Virus record (IMG/VR): IMGVR_UViG_3300003876_000001
Location: 1-64,000 of that record
Reading direction: 5' to 3' (one strand)
DNA length: 64,000 bases
Source: an uncultured virus (IMG/VR IMGVR_UViG_3300003876_000001)
Lineage: Duplodnaviria > Heunggongvirae > Uroviricota > Caudoviricetes
Shown: one piece after another, positions 19,581-28,718 of the stretch
Layout of the letters: every line of letters starts with the position of its first letter
How positions within the stretch are numbered: position 1 is the first letter of the stretch
Made by a program: the position numbers and the translations under genes
The notes under the pieces: model-generated
What the model saw: only the letters and a program-made list of their open reading frames with translations
The model's database searches: none
What the model was told of the DNA's origin: nothing

Positions 19581-20228
19581 TCAGAAATTAATTATAATGC
19601 CTGATCTAACAGGATGATATCTACCATCTAAAACAGATGCACATATATGTGTAGTCTCACCAACTACTCTAGTCCCATACATCTCATGTATATGACCAAA
19701 TACATGATATTTAGGCTTCACTCTTTCTTGAATTGTTTCAAGAAGATAAGGACACCCTACACTTCCACCATTTTTATAATCAACCCAATCCAAAATACCA
19801 TTGGCAGGACCGTGAGTGATTAGAAAATCAGTATCATCAGGAATTGCATCCCAATGCTTTTTGATTTGTTCTTCGTCACGCATAAATGCCCAATTGAAAA
19901 ATGGTGGTGTCATAGGTGAACCCCAAAACTTAATTCCTTCAATCTCTACTCCAGAATCTTCAAGATAATGGATTTCACTATCTTGAATCATATCAAGCAT
20001 AGTATATCTGTTAAAATTATCAAGACCTTTATCGTGATTTCCTGCAATCATTATTTTATATTCAATATCAAGATTCTTAAACCAAAACATAAATTCATTC
20101 ATTTCATGAATTGCACCTACATTAGTTAGATCACCTGCATGAATTATCATATCAACTTTAGGGAGGGGGAAGATTTTTTCCCATGCTTTGTGTAGTCCAT
20201 GACTATCACTAATTAATAATATTTTCAT
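19581..20228 (-). CDS. Metallophosphoesterase
   Basis: SDSH, HAGD, GNHD, THGP, FGHIH. Confidence 0.92.
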   Translation of the reverse strand: MKILLISDSHGLHKAWEKIFPLPKVDMIIHAGDLTNVGAIHEMNEFMFWFKNLDIEYKIMIAGNHDKGLDNFNRYTMLDMIQDSEIHYLEDSGVEIEGIKFWGSPMTPPFFNWAFMRDEEQIKKHWDAIPDDTDFLITHGPANGILDWVDYKNGGSVGCPYLLETIQERVKPKYHVFGHIHEMYGTRVVGETTHICASVLDGRYHPVRSGIIINF

Positions 20229-20435
20229 TTTATTTTCTTATATATTCATTTAATGCTATTACTTGTGTATCATGAATTAATTCTAATGCATCATCAAAAT
20301 CAACCCATTTAAATTTATCTACTTCTGGAAATGGTTTTTAACCATCAATTTCAACCATACTTTCACAACTTTGTTATTAAAAATATTCCAATTGTATTAT
20401 CCATTATTTTTTTGCTTTAATCAAAACTTCTCATA
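20225..20435 (-). pseudogene. Disrupted NUDIX-like ORF
   Basis: C-terminal FPEVDKFKWVDFDDALELIHDTQ; middle of gene appears missing. Confidence 0.4.
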
Positions 20436-20885
20436 ATACAAATATAGTTTAAAAATTTTTAAAAAGAAAGAAGAATTAATCCCCCTTCTTATATGCTAAC
20501 CAATAACGTTTTCTATCCATCTTTGGATCAAATACTAAATCGGAATAATAACTATCTGATACATTATATTTTTTATGATTAATGTTCCAATTATTTCTAA
20601 GAAACTTCTTTATTTGGAAATTTGATTTAGCACCTCTAAATGGATCGTGCATAAAAATGATTTAATATCATTCTAATACATGCACATCCACAAGTATAAT
20701 TAGTATCTTGACTATAAAGGGGGAGAGGAATCACCGATAAATTCTATTCGTGATCCGCAAAAGGTGATTAACCTTGTTCGATTAACGAGATAGAAAAACG
20801 TGAAGTTCTCAACGAACCTGTAACAGTATTTAACATGTATTCCGCTTCCAAGCGGTATGTTATTTTTCATATTCTTATAGTTTAG

Positions 20886-20969
20886 TAGCGAGTGAAGGAC
20901 TCGAACCTTCGTAAACCCGTAGGGACTCTACCTTATGAGGACAGCGAGATGCCACTTCTCCAACTCACG
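20886..20969 (-). tRNA. tRNA-Met(CAT), initiator-like, long variable arm
   Basis: C1xT72 mismatch, A11-T24, CTCATAA loop, 17-nt V region. Confidence 0.8.
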
Positions 20970-21116
20970 ATATACTAGTTTACGTTTCAAACTAGAAAAG
21001 CAGGTTTAGTTGCGAACTTTCCTTTCAGTGGGTGGTTCTTTTTGCTTTTCAGCTATCAGGCACGTTATCCCACAATTTCAACACGAAGCCAACGTGTTAC
21101 TAATCGTCTTTAATAT

Positions 21117-22871
21117 TTATATAAAAAGATTCATTATAGAATCTTTTTCAATTGTATTTAAACTTAAATCATTATCTGCCTTTTCAGGATCAGTAACAAA
21201 TTCAACACCTAATTTTCCAATTACTTCTCTCAAAGTAAGTGCATTGTTCCATTGTTGATAAAGTGCCTTTGTTGTTATATTTGCAACTTCACCATAACTA
21301 GAAATATGTTCTCTACCAGAACCGAAGTTCAAAATAACAAAAGATTGTCTCTCGTTACCAACTGGAAGAAATATACCTAACACACTTTGAGTTTGAACTG
21401 ATTGTGTCTTAATATCCACGAACAACTTTTCAGGGTTCATCATATAATTCTTATTGATATTATCACCTTTACCTACGATGATCTTGAATTCTGAATCAGG
21501 GTTTCCACTAAATACATTATTCATTACCAAAGTTGGTTCACTAAGTCCTCTATTTGCATAAAGATACTCAACAGCACCATTAGGTGCGTTGGTAATATCA
21601 CCAGAGAAATACAATGATCCACCTTGTTTATAATCTGAATTCCAACCGACTTTTCCACCGATATTCAAACCAGATAAATCAAGGTCAGTTGCACCCCAAG
21701 AGTTTTTCCAATAAATACCAACAGCAAGAGCATTACCATAGAATCTTGTTCCTGTTGGAACATTACCTACGTACATCTTTTCAGATGTTGGTAAAGCATA
21801 TTCTACATCTTCTGGAAGAAATATTTTCTTACCTGAAAGATCAAATCTATTTTTAATATAATTAAGAATATGTCCATAATTATATCCTGCAATACCTGCA
21901 TCAGTAGAATTCATCTTAGCAAATGATTTACCATTTCTAATTCTATATACAAAAGCATCTTGTCCATTCATTCTTGTCCAACAAGCAGACAATGCTTTAA
22001 ATAAAGCAAATGGTGTTGCATTATCTAACCAGTGATCATCACCTTCATTAAATGTAACCGAAGTTACTTCATTTAATGGATTACTAAGAAGTGGCTTATG
22101 ATATTTTTTAGATAACTTTGAAATTCTATTAATAGTACCACTACATTTAGGTTTAAAAGCTAAAAATAACGGCTTAAATCTATTAAATATTTCAGAAAGT
22201 TTTTCTAATCCAAATTTCTTAAATTGTGCAGATGGATTATAATTACTATCTTTTATCAATTCAATCATTTTATAATTTTTAATTAATAATGATTGTCCTG
22301 TTGTACGATAGATAATATATCTAAAAAACTCCATAGTATCTATTGGTAATACCCCATATATATCTGCAATTTTAATTATTGCTTCTTTGTTACGAATATT
22401 TTCTTTACCAGTAAATTCATAATCAAGTTCATCTACAAGAATTGATAATAAATCATTTATTGTTTCTTCTTTCAAAGCAATACCAGATTGAAGTAATGAT
22501 AATGATTTATCAATTAATTCATCTTTAGTATATGCTTTAACAACTTTAAATGATATTTTTAATCCTGAAATATCTAATACTTCATCAGGGATATAAACAT
22601 CATCTTTAAATCCACTACCATATGTAGATATATAATGTTTTATTTGATCAACCAATAGTTCATATCTTGAACTATTTTTTATTTTTAACCATGATTTATG
22701 AAATGTTTTATTTAAATCATTACCATTTAATCTACGACTATTATAATAGGTTACAATTCTATCTTTTGCCCATAAAGCACCAGATTCGATAATATATCCA
22801 TCTTCTGATACAAAAACATTATCTTTTGTATCTTTTTTTACAACCGCATTAAATAGTTCTAAAGTTTTCAT
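21117..22871 (-). CDS. Large protein with C-terminal TerD-like motifs
   Basis: SEKMYVGNVP, DLDLS, FSGDITNAPNGAVE. Confidence 0.55.
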   Translation of the reverse strand: MKTLELFNAVVKKDTKDNVFVSEDGYIIESGALWAKDRIVTYYNSRRLNGNDLNKTFHKSWLKIKNSSRYELLVDQIKHYISTYGSGFKDDVYIPDEVLDISGLKISFKVVKAYTKDELIDKSLSLLQSGIALKEETINDLLSILVDELDYEFTGKENIRNKEAIIKIADIYGVLPIDTMEFFRYIIYRTTGQSLLIKNYKMIELIKDSNYNPSAQFKKFGLEKLSEIFNRFKPLFLAFKPKCSGTINRISKLSKKYHKPLLSNPLNEVTSVTFNEGDDHWLDNATPFALFKALSACWTRMNGQDAFVYRIRNGKSFAKMNSTDAGIAGYNYGHILNYIKNRFDLSGKKIFLPEDVEYALPTSEKMYVGNVPTGTRFYGNALAVGIYWKNSWGATDLDLSGLNIGGKVGWNSDYKQGGSLYFSGDITNAPNGAVEYLYANRGLSEPTLVMNNVFSGNPDSEFKIIVGKGDNINKNYMMNPEKLFVDIKTQSVQTQSVLGIFLPVGNERQSFVILNFGSGREHISSYGEVANITTKALYQQWNNALTLREVIGKLGVEFVTDPEKADNDLSLNTIEKDSIMNLFI

Positions 22872-22886
22872 AATTTAATTTTTTAA

Positions 22887-23033
22887 AAAGGTGAGATGTA
22901 TTTACAGTAAAAATAGGGTTTCCCCTATTGAGTTTTATAGGAACATCATTTACCTTTATGTTTTAATTTATAAAAAAACAGACGAAAAGTATTTTTTATC
23001 CAAATATAAATTATAGGAACTTTTGTTGTCTGT
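22887..23033 (-). ncRNA. Two tandem copies of a stem-loop motif (GTTCCTATAA...AATAC)
   Basis: 22978-23033 and 22887-22957 share the loop core but have different stems; each is followed by a T-tract. Confidence 0.55.
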
Positions 23034-23102
23034 TATATTACAAATATACGTAAATATTTTTAATATGTTACAATTTTCTTATTTATTTTTAATTCTTTTT
23101 AG

Positions 23103-23188
23103 TAGCGAGTGAGGGATTCGAACCCCCGTAAACCCCGTAGGGACTCTGGCTTATGAAACCAGCGAGATACCAACTTCTCCAACTCACA
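23103..23188 (-). tRNA. tRNA-Met(CAT), initiator-like, long variable arm (paralog)
   Basis: T1xT72 mismatch, CTGGT-TTCATAA-GCCAG, V arm AGTCCCTACGGGGTTTAC. Confidence 0.8.
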
Positions 23189-23427
23189 ATATTTCATTAT
23201 AACTACCAATATGTTAATAGTTAAGTATATTTTTATATGATAACTAATCATATTTTAAAAGTTAAATTAATTAGTGTTGTTAATAAGTAGCAAGAGTCGA
23301 ACTTACCTACCAAATACTTACAAATGTGTTCACGTTTTAAACCGCTAATAACACCCCTGATCAGAGTAACAGTCGAAATCAAACCCAACCCACTAATCAA
23401 TATGACTCTTTAAATTTATTATTTTTG

Positions 23428-23502
23428 TACTCGGTACGGGGGTCGAACCCGTTATACCACCTTGAAAGGGTGGTGACTTAACCTACCGTTGTCCAACCGA
23501 GC
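23428..23502 (-). tRNA. tRNA-Glu(TTC)
   Basis: CCACC-CTTTCAA-GGTGG. Confidence 0.9.
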
Positions 23503-23592
23503 ATAGTTTTACGTCTGCTCGGTGACCGTTATACTATATCACTAGAGCAGAATTAATCTCTTGTTCACTTTCAAATATGTTGTTAATTCTGT

Positions 23593-23808
23593 TCATTTTC
23601 TTATTATTTTAACTATTTCTTTACTATTAATTATTGTGCACTTTGCACTTATTTCTTTTATTCTTCTTTTAGGTATATCATAATGATCTTTATGAAACCA
23701 ACATCTTTTGATGTTTAAATCATCAGCCATCAAATGTAGGTTCTCTTTTGAATAAGGAACACACACTAAATGTCTTTGTTCATCACAATAATATTTCAAG
23801 TTCAACAT
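23593..23808 (-). CDS. Small protein, DUF4031-like
   Basis: LHLMA..L.IKRCWFH..HYDI pattern. Confidence 0.5.
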   Translation of the reverse strand: MLNLKYYCDEQRHLVCVPYSKENLHLMADDLNIKRCWFHKDHYDIPKRRIKEISAKCTIINSKEIVKIIRK

Positions 23809-24101
23809 CTAATATTTTAGCATCTTCTTCTTTAGGATATTTATCAAAAATTTTACCTTTAGTTTTTGTACCTAATCTATTGTCTTTAAAATATTCATTA
23901 CCTTTTTCATCAATATATTTAGTTGTTCCACCATCCATATACTTTGTAACTTCTTTTACTTTAATCATAATTTGTTTTCTTAACTCTTCAATAACTTCAT
24001 GCATTAAATCATCATAAGATTCCCTACTCATATGAACAACTAAATCACCTTCTTTAACTAAAGCAAATTTTGCACCAACAATATCATCTTTTCCATTCAT
24101 G

Positions 24102-24186
24102 TACCCTAAGTAGGATTCGAACCTACACGCCAGTTTATTAGCAACAGGGTTTGAACCTGCCGTGTCTACCTTTTCACCATTAGGGC
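24102..24186 (-). tRNA. tRNA-Leu(CAA)
   Basis: GCAGG-TTCAAAC-CCTGT, long V arm, A73. Confidence 0.88.
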
Positions 24187-24443
24187 ATTTTTAAATCACC
24201 TTCTTTTTTTGTTAAAATGAGTATATCAACAATCCAACGATTAAGTAATTTTGCATCCATTTGCTTATCAAAGTCTGCATCACCCATATCATCAACAGGT
24301 ATTTCAAAAAATACTGAATGACTATATGGTTCTTCTTCTATTCTTAATATTGTATTATAATAAGCAATACCTCTTCTAATATGTGTAAATTCAGCCTTTG
24401 GCTTTTGCTTATATAATGCTTTCTTTATTTCTGTTTTATTCAT
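24180..24443 (-). CDS. Hypothetical protein
   Basis: 87-aa ORF whose stop overlaps the tRNA-Leu 5' end. Confidence 0.55.
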   Translation of the reverse strand: MNKTEIKKALYKQKPKAEFTHIRRGIAYYNTILRIEEEPYSHSVFFEIPVDDMGDADFDKQMDAKLLNRWIVDILILTKKEGDLKMP

Positions 24444-24449
24444 TTTATA

Positions 24450-24707
24450 TTATTTATTAATCATTTCTAATATACCATATTTAATACACCATTTTCTAAC
24501 AGCATTATCACTTACATTAAATTCTTTCCCAACCCTAACAAATGTTTTATATTTTTTAAACATTTTTAATAATTCAGGTACTTTAGGAATATTTAATTCC
24601 ATGTCTTTATTATAACAATCTCTTGAACAATATTTTCTTTTATGTTTAAAGCAAAATTTTCCACAAAATATACATTTAGGATACTCCCTGTTGTTTATTG
24701 CACTCAT
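24450..24707 (-). CDS. Zn-finger plus HTH small protein (start moved to MSAINN)
   Basis: CIFCGK..YCSRDC; GKEFNVSDNAVRKW. Confidence 0.55.
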   Translation of the reverse strand: MSAINNREYPKCIFCGKFCFKHKRKYCSRDCYNKDMELNIPKVPELLKMFKKYKTFVRVGKEFNVSDNAVRKWCIKYGILEMINK

Positions 24708-24758
24708 TTTCTTTTTTAGATTTATTTTTTTATGTGTGCCTATTCGAAAATAAATTAG

Positions 24759-24833
24759 TACCAACGGAGGGACTCGAACCCTCGAAAAACATCGCTTAAA
24801 AATGTCGTGTATTCCCACGTCCACCACGCTGGC
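24759..24833 (-). tRNA. tRNA-Leu(TAA) with short variable loop
   Basis: ACATT-TTTAAGC-GATGT; only 5-nt V region. Confidence 0.7.
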
Positions 24834-25144
24834 ATCTTAAATCTGCTTCAGTGGTGGATAATCGTTCACTATGTATTTTATTCTTTCTCATTATTTCTTC
24901 TCATTTTTTTATAACTTTTAATACCTTCCTCTGTTAATTTATATTCATCATCTACTAATTTAAAATATCCTAAGTTAGTTGTTGTAGAGGTATCTCCTTC
25001 AATTAAAGAATTATGTGGTTTATTATGTTTAATATCCCACCAATATCTATCAATTAAAAAACCTATATTAAACATCTTTATTTAATCTTATTCTTAATTC
25101 TCTATTTTCATTTAAGGCTTCTAACCATTTCAAGTATTGCTCCA

Positions 25145-25558
25145 CTATACGTGTTCAATACATTCAAAATCTTTATTATATATTTTCCAAAAACATCCTT
25201 GACCACAAATTAATTGAAACCAATAATCTTTAAAAAACCAAATACCAGAACTAAAATCACCACTAAATTTTTCATTTTCAACAGTTTCAATTCTAGTAGT
25301 TATATAGCCACAAAGAAATTCCATTAAAGGTGTACCATTTTTTTCATGTCCTTTATTAAAACAATATGTACTTCTTTCATCACCATTTTTTTCTAGCAAT
25401 TTTTGGAAAATAGGTTCAAACTCGTTTGTTTCTAACCATTTTTCAAATTTATTATATCTTTTCTCAAGATTAGCATTTTTTTTTGCCAATCTAGCAAAGA
25501 AACCATCAGGATTTTCCATATCTTCTTTCATATCCCTTTTAAACTTTTCAATATCCAT
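25145..25558 (-). CDS. Hypothetical protein
   Basis: 137-aa ORF. Confidence 0.6.
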   Translation of the reverse strand: MDIEKFKRDMKEDMENPDGFFARLAKKNANLEKRYNKFEKWLETNEFEPIFQKLLEKNGDERSTYCFNKGHEKNGTPLMEFLCGYITTRIETVENEKFSGDFSSGIWFFKDYWFQLICGQGCFWKIYNKDFECIEHV

Positions 25559-25576
25559 ATTAGTTTTTTATTTAAG

Positions 25577-25673
25577 TGGCGATCAGGGGATTCGAACCAA
25601 TATAACTCATATTCATCATTAAAGTTATCCTTCTACTTCCCGATGAAAGGCGTGTAGATACCAATAGATCACC
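25577..25673 (-). ncRNA. Degenerate tRNA-like element
   Basis: Acceptor GGTGATC/GATCGCC and GGTTCGAATCC; no canonical anticodon arm. Confidence 0.45.
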
Positions 25674-25679
25674 ATATTG

Positions 25680-26033
25680 TGGAAGTAAGGAGACTTGAAC
25701 TCCTGTCCAGTTATATTACAAATAAAAAGTCATTCACAAGTTTAGTTTGTTTATTATTTTTAAGTCATTATGTTTTTTATTTACAAACACTTTATTACAT
25801 TAGACTTTTTGGTTTTATGTTCCACAACATTTTTTGATCTCTTTACGTGATCAGTATCTATGAGAACACCTACCTAGTTGGTGGTATCTCGAATGGTACA
25901 AAAACCTTTCGGTTATGCTGCCATTGCAAGTGCTTCGCCACTTAAACGTTCATTACCTATTTTTAATGAGTAGAGCAATTTCCTCATACTTGCACCGTCT
26001 ACCTATCGTATCCTGTCAATTCCTGTTACCCCC
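25680..26033 (-). ncRNA. ssrA: tmRNA, tag (A)GEALAMAA* at 25939..25913
   Basis: GGGGGTA/TACTTCCA acceptor with G3.U70, GGAATTGAC, GGAGTTCAAGTCTCC T arm, tag ending AA-stop. Confidence 0.93.
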
Positions 26034-26072
26034 ATATTTCAATTTTTATTATATCCGTTTGATATAATTTAG

Positions 26073-26291
26073 TGAAGATGGAAGGACTCGAACCCTCAAA
26101 CCAGACTTTCTCTCTTACCTCTACTATCATTTAGATTTCGATTTCTATTTTACCGACATATCCCGAAGGGTAACTTGGTTCAACTAAGCAGTAAGCATTA
26201 TGGTATTCATCTCTTCATCAGTATTATTTATTCCCAAATGAACTTTGTACTTATTCTAAAACAAGCGTGTTTACCTTTCCACCACATCCTC
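26073..26291 (-). tRNA. Leu-like tRNA with ~135-nt insertion in the anticodon region
   Basis: Acceptor GAGGATG/CATCTTC, D arm GTGGAAAGGTAAACAC, T arm GAGGGTTCGAGTCCTTC. Confidence 0.6.
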
Positions 26292-26324
26292 ATATTTTCA
26301 TTATATCCGTTTGATATAATATTG

Positions 26325-26479
26325 CTAACTAAATAGGATTCGAACCTATGACCCCTTTCGATATTTGCTTCTCGTAATCAGGGTAATTGTTTCCGTTCAT
26401 GAGCAAAAGATAAAGAAGTTCACCCTCTATCAATCATATAGAACTAGACATCCGCATTAAGCCACTCTGCCATTAGTTA
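26325..26479 (-). tRNA. tRNA scaffold with 83-nt anticodon loop
   Basis: TAACTAA/TTAGTTA, D arm GCAGAGTGGCTTAATGC, stem GATGT/ATATC, T arm ATAGGTTCGAATCCTAT. Confidence 0.6.
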
Positions 26480-26512
26480 ATTTTAAATTATATCCGTTTG
26501 ATATAATATTTG

Positions 26513-26695
26513 TAGCGTAGACAGGTATCGAACCTGCTTTCTCTCCCTTTGACGAGTGCGAAGTGCGTTCATTCAAAATAGTAACTTCATATATCGGTTA
26601 ATACGTACTCACCTCAAATATAAACTATTCTTTATTGTCAGTATTCAGGAGCGACCCAAATATTAAACAAACATGAACTTCAATTCTTCCACATC
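26513..26695 (-). ncRNA. tRNA-like element with large insert (5' boundary uncertain)
   Basis: GCAGGTTCGATACCTGT T arm and 3' CTACGCTA; weak 5' acceptor. Confidence 0.35.
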
Positions 26696-26707
26696 ACAGA
26701 AGTTTAG

Positions 26708-26779
26708 TTAACTAGGTAGGATTCGAACCCACGTTCTCCCCATTTAAAAGGGGCGACTTTACCACTTGTCCACTAGTTA
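26708..26779 (-). tRNA. Class I tRNA, anticodon ambiguous (TAA as read)
   Basis: TAACTAG/CTAGTTA; CCCC-TTTTAAAT-GGGG anticodon arm. Confidence 0.65.
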
Positions 26780-26880
26780 AACATTTACTATCTCCACACG
26801 ACAATGCTTCGAGTTCAATGTGTCCTTCATTTTCTGCTATCGGTATTGTCGTACCTATCGCATACTTCTGCCAGACTTTT

Positions 26881-26982
26881 GTGAAGTATAAGGAATTGAA
26901 CCTTAACGATAAACTACATATTTAAATATTGAAACTATTTTAAGCCAAGACATTTAAATCATCATTTAACCCTTTTACTTCA
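26881..26982 (-). ncRNA. tRNA-like top half (acceptor plus T arm) with AT-rich interior
   Basis: TGAAGTA/TACTTCA; TAAGG-TTCAATT-CCTTA. Confidence 0.4.
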
Positions 26983-27223
26983 TTTGTTAACATATCCGTT
27001 TGATCTGCACCTATTCTTTCGAAGGTCACACCCACATGTATACCAATTCCATCATACCATAATTTTGTGCCATATTGGGGACTCGAACCCATAATAGGAA
27101 ATTACCCCTATGTTAAATGATTAATGCCAATTATCGCTAGTGACTAATAGTTTCCACGATATTTCAATGCATTATACTTTATCGTTTTCACTTCATTCCA
27201 TTACAGCATATTTTTTTAGGTCT

Positions 27224-27342
27224 TCAAGTAATAAGGAATTTAACCTTAATCCTTTACTTCTGTTGCCAACCTATTGTCACCATACTAATAGGCTATCGTT
27301 GGTCGGTACATGGAAGTATCGTGCACATTACACCATACTTTA
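27224..27342 (-). ncRNA. tRNA-like element with 52-nt anticodon loop
   Basis: D-like GTGTAATGTGCAC, stem TACTTC/GAAGTA, T-like TAAGGTTAAATTCCTTA. Confidence 0.4.
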
Positions 27343-27352
27343 ATGACCAGTG

Positions 27353-27424
27353 CGGAACATAGGGGAATCGAACCCCTACCCTATGAGTGATAGTCATATA
27401 TCCTAGCCGTTAGACCAATGCTCC
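27353..27424 (-). tRNA. tRNA-Asp with ATC anticodon
   Basis: TATGA-CTATCAC-TCATA; GGAGCAT/ATGTTCC, G73. Confidence 0.8.
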
Positions 27425-27931
27425 GTTTATATTTCAAATATACGTAAACTTTTTTAAAAGGTTACATATTAATGTAAATAAATTTCAAAATCTTTAAAAA
27501 TTTTAACAACTTCTTTACGTTTTAGTTTTTTATCTTTTCTACTATAAAAATGATAATATTTATTATTTAATAATTTAACAAATCCCATTTTATTAAGAAT
27601 GCCACCATATACTTCAGTACATTTATCTGTTGCATCTGTATGTGCACTAAAACAAACATAATCAAAAGATTTAAGTTCATCATTGTAAATATTACTAATT
27701 TTTCTAATTAATTTAATCAGTTTTACTTACATATGTACTTCTTTTACTATTAGAAGATTTGGTTGTAATTAATATACTAGGCATTGAAATTTTAATATTA
27801 CCATATTGAAATATTAAATGGCTTATTTGATATTCAATATCTTCATATTTAAATCTACATATTTCTTTATCAACCATATATTTATAATACGTAAACTTTT
27901 TTAAAAGGTTACAATTTATTTAAAAATTTTG

Positions 27932-28003
27932 TACCGATGGAGTGAATCGAACACTCGTATACATTCTTATGAGAAATGTGCCTTACCACTTGGCGACATC
28001 GGC
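27932..28003 (-). tRNA. tRNA-CAT (elongator Met or Ile2)
   Basis: CATTT-CTCATAA-GAATG. Confidence 0.85.
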
Positions 28004-28380
28004 ATTTATAAATTCTTTGAATTGTTCTTCAACAAACTTTTTATTATATGAACCCATATCTTTTATTATGTACGGTTCATATCCATAATTTTTAATTTCA
28101 ATTAATTTCAATCTATCCCTATTTTGTACTTGTTTTACTGAATGATTTTTGATTATTTTTTCATAATGCCATTTACCATTCCATAAAATTGCTATTTTAA
28201 TATCGTGAATAATAACATCAGCATCCCATCCATTAAAAATTTTTTCATTAGTTTCAACATTTTTAAAATATTCTATACATAAATCCGCAAAATAGATTTC
28301 ATTTTTACTTCGTCTAACTTTATTTGATTTTTTTACTTTATTTGCTCTATATTTACCAACACAAGAACGACTACAAAATT
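27983..28380 (-). CDS. PD-(D/E)XK/DUF559-like endonuclease (N-terminus uncertain)
   Basis: FCSRSC, RSKNE, ADVII..IAILWNGKWH; the computed start lies inside tRNA-Asp. Confidence 0.55.
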
Positions 28381-28383
28381 TTG

Positions 28384-28454
28384 CCGTCCATGAGGGAATC
28401 AAACCCTCGGCAATCGGGAGACAACCGATCATGTTATCATTACACCAATGGACG
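28384..28454 (-). tRNA. tRNA-Asp(GTC)
   Basis: ATCGG-TTGTCTC-CCGAT; G73. Confidence 0.82.
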
Positions 28455-28488
28455 TTATGTTATAACTAGTTGATTTTCAACTACTTTG

Positions 28489-28561
28489 CTCGCCCTGAAA
28501 GATTTGAACTTTCATCTTCAGTTTTGGAGACTGCTATGTTACCGTTGATCACCAAGAGCGA
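28489..28561 (-). tRNA. tRNA-Trp(CCA)
   Basis: GCAGT-CTCCAAA-ACTGA; G73. Confidence 0.88.
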
Positions 28562-28634
28562 ATATAAAACAACGTTGATATCTGGTTCAACGTTGAAAAC
28601 CTTTTTTAAATCCAGACCATAAGGTAAAGACCAG

Positions 28635-28707
28635 TTGGGTGTGTGGGACTCGAACCCACGATATTCTGCATGTAAAACAGATGCCTTTGCCACTAGACGA
28701 ACACCCA
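28635..28707 (-). tRNA. tRNA-Val(TAC)
   Basis: TCTGT-TTTACAT-GCAGA; A73. Confidence 0.88.
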
Positions 28708-28718
28708 ATAAATTATGA

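Larger units (their letters stand above)
26049..26507. repeat. 20-bp hairpin repeat TTATATCCGTTTGATATAAT x3 (26049, 26301, 26488; partial copy at 26992)
   Basis: Identical copies separating tRNA-like units. Confidence 0.85.

Noticed and set aside
26119..26260. Hammerhead ribozyme or group I intron in the Leu-like tRNA (CTGATGA...GAAA present)
   Set aside because: Could not build stem I or a UH site; no convincing P7 core; too short for a typical group I intron
26049..26507. CRISPR array
   Set aside because: Repeat is only 20 bp, spacers are 232 and 167 bp and tRNA-like, and no cas genes are present in the window
27032..27145. Circularly permuted tRNA (3' half before 5' half)
   Set aside because: The two putative acceptor strands (ATATGGC and TATGGTA) do not pair; more likely adjacent fragments
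28570..28632. Theta (HDV-like) ribozyme after tRNA-Val
   Set aside because: No P3/L3 or P1.1 elements
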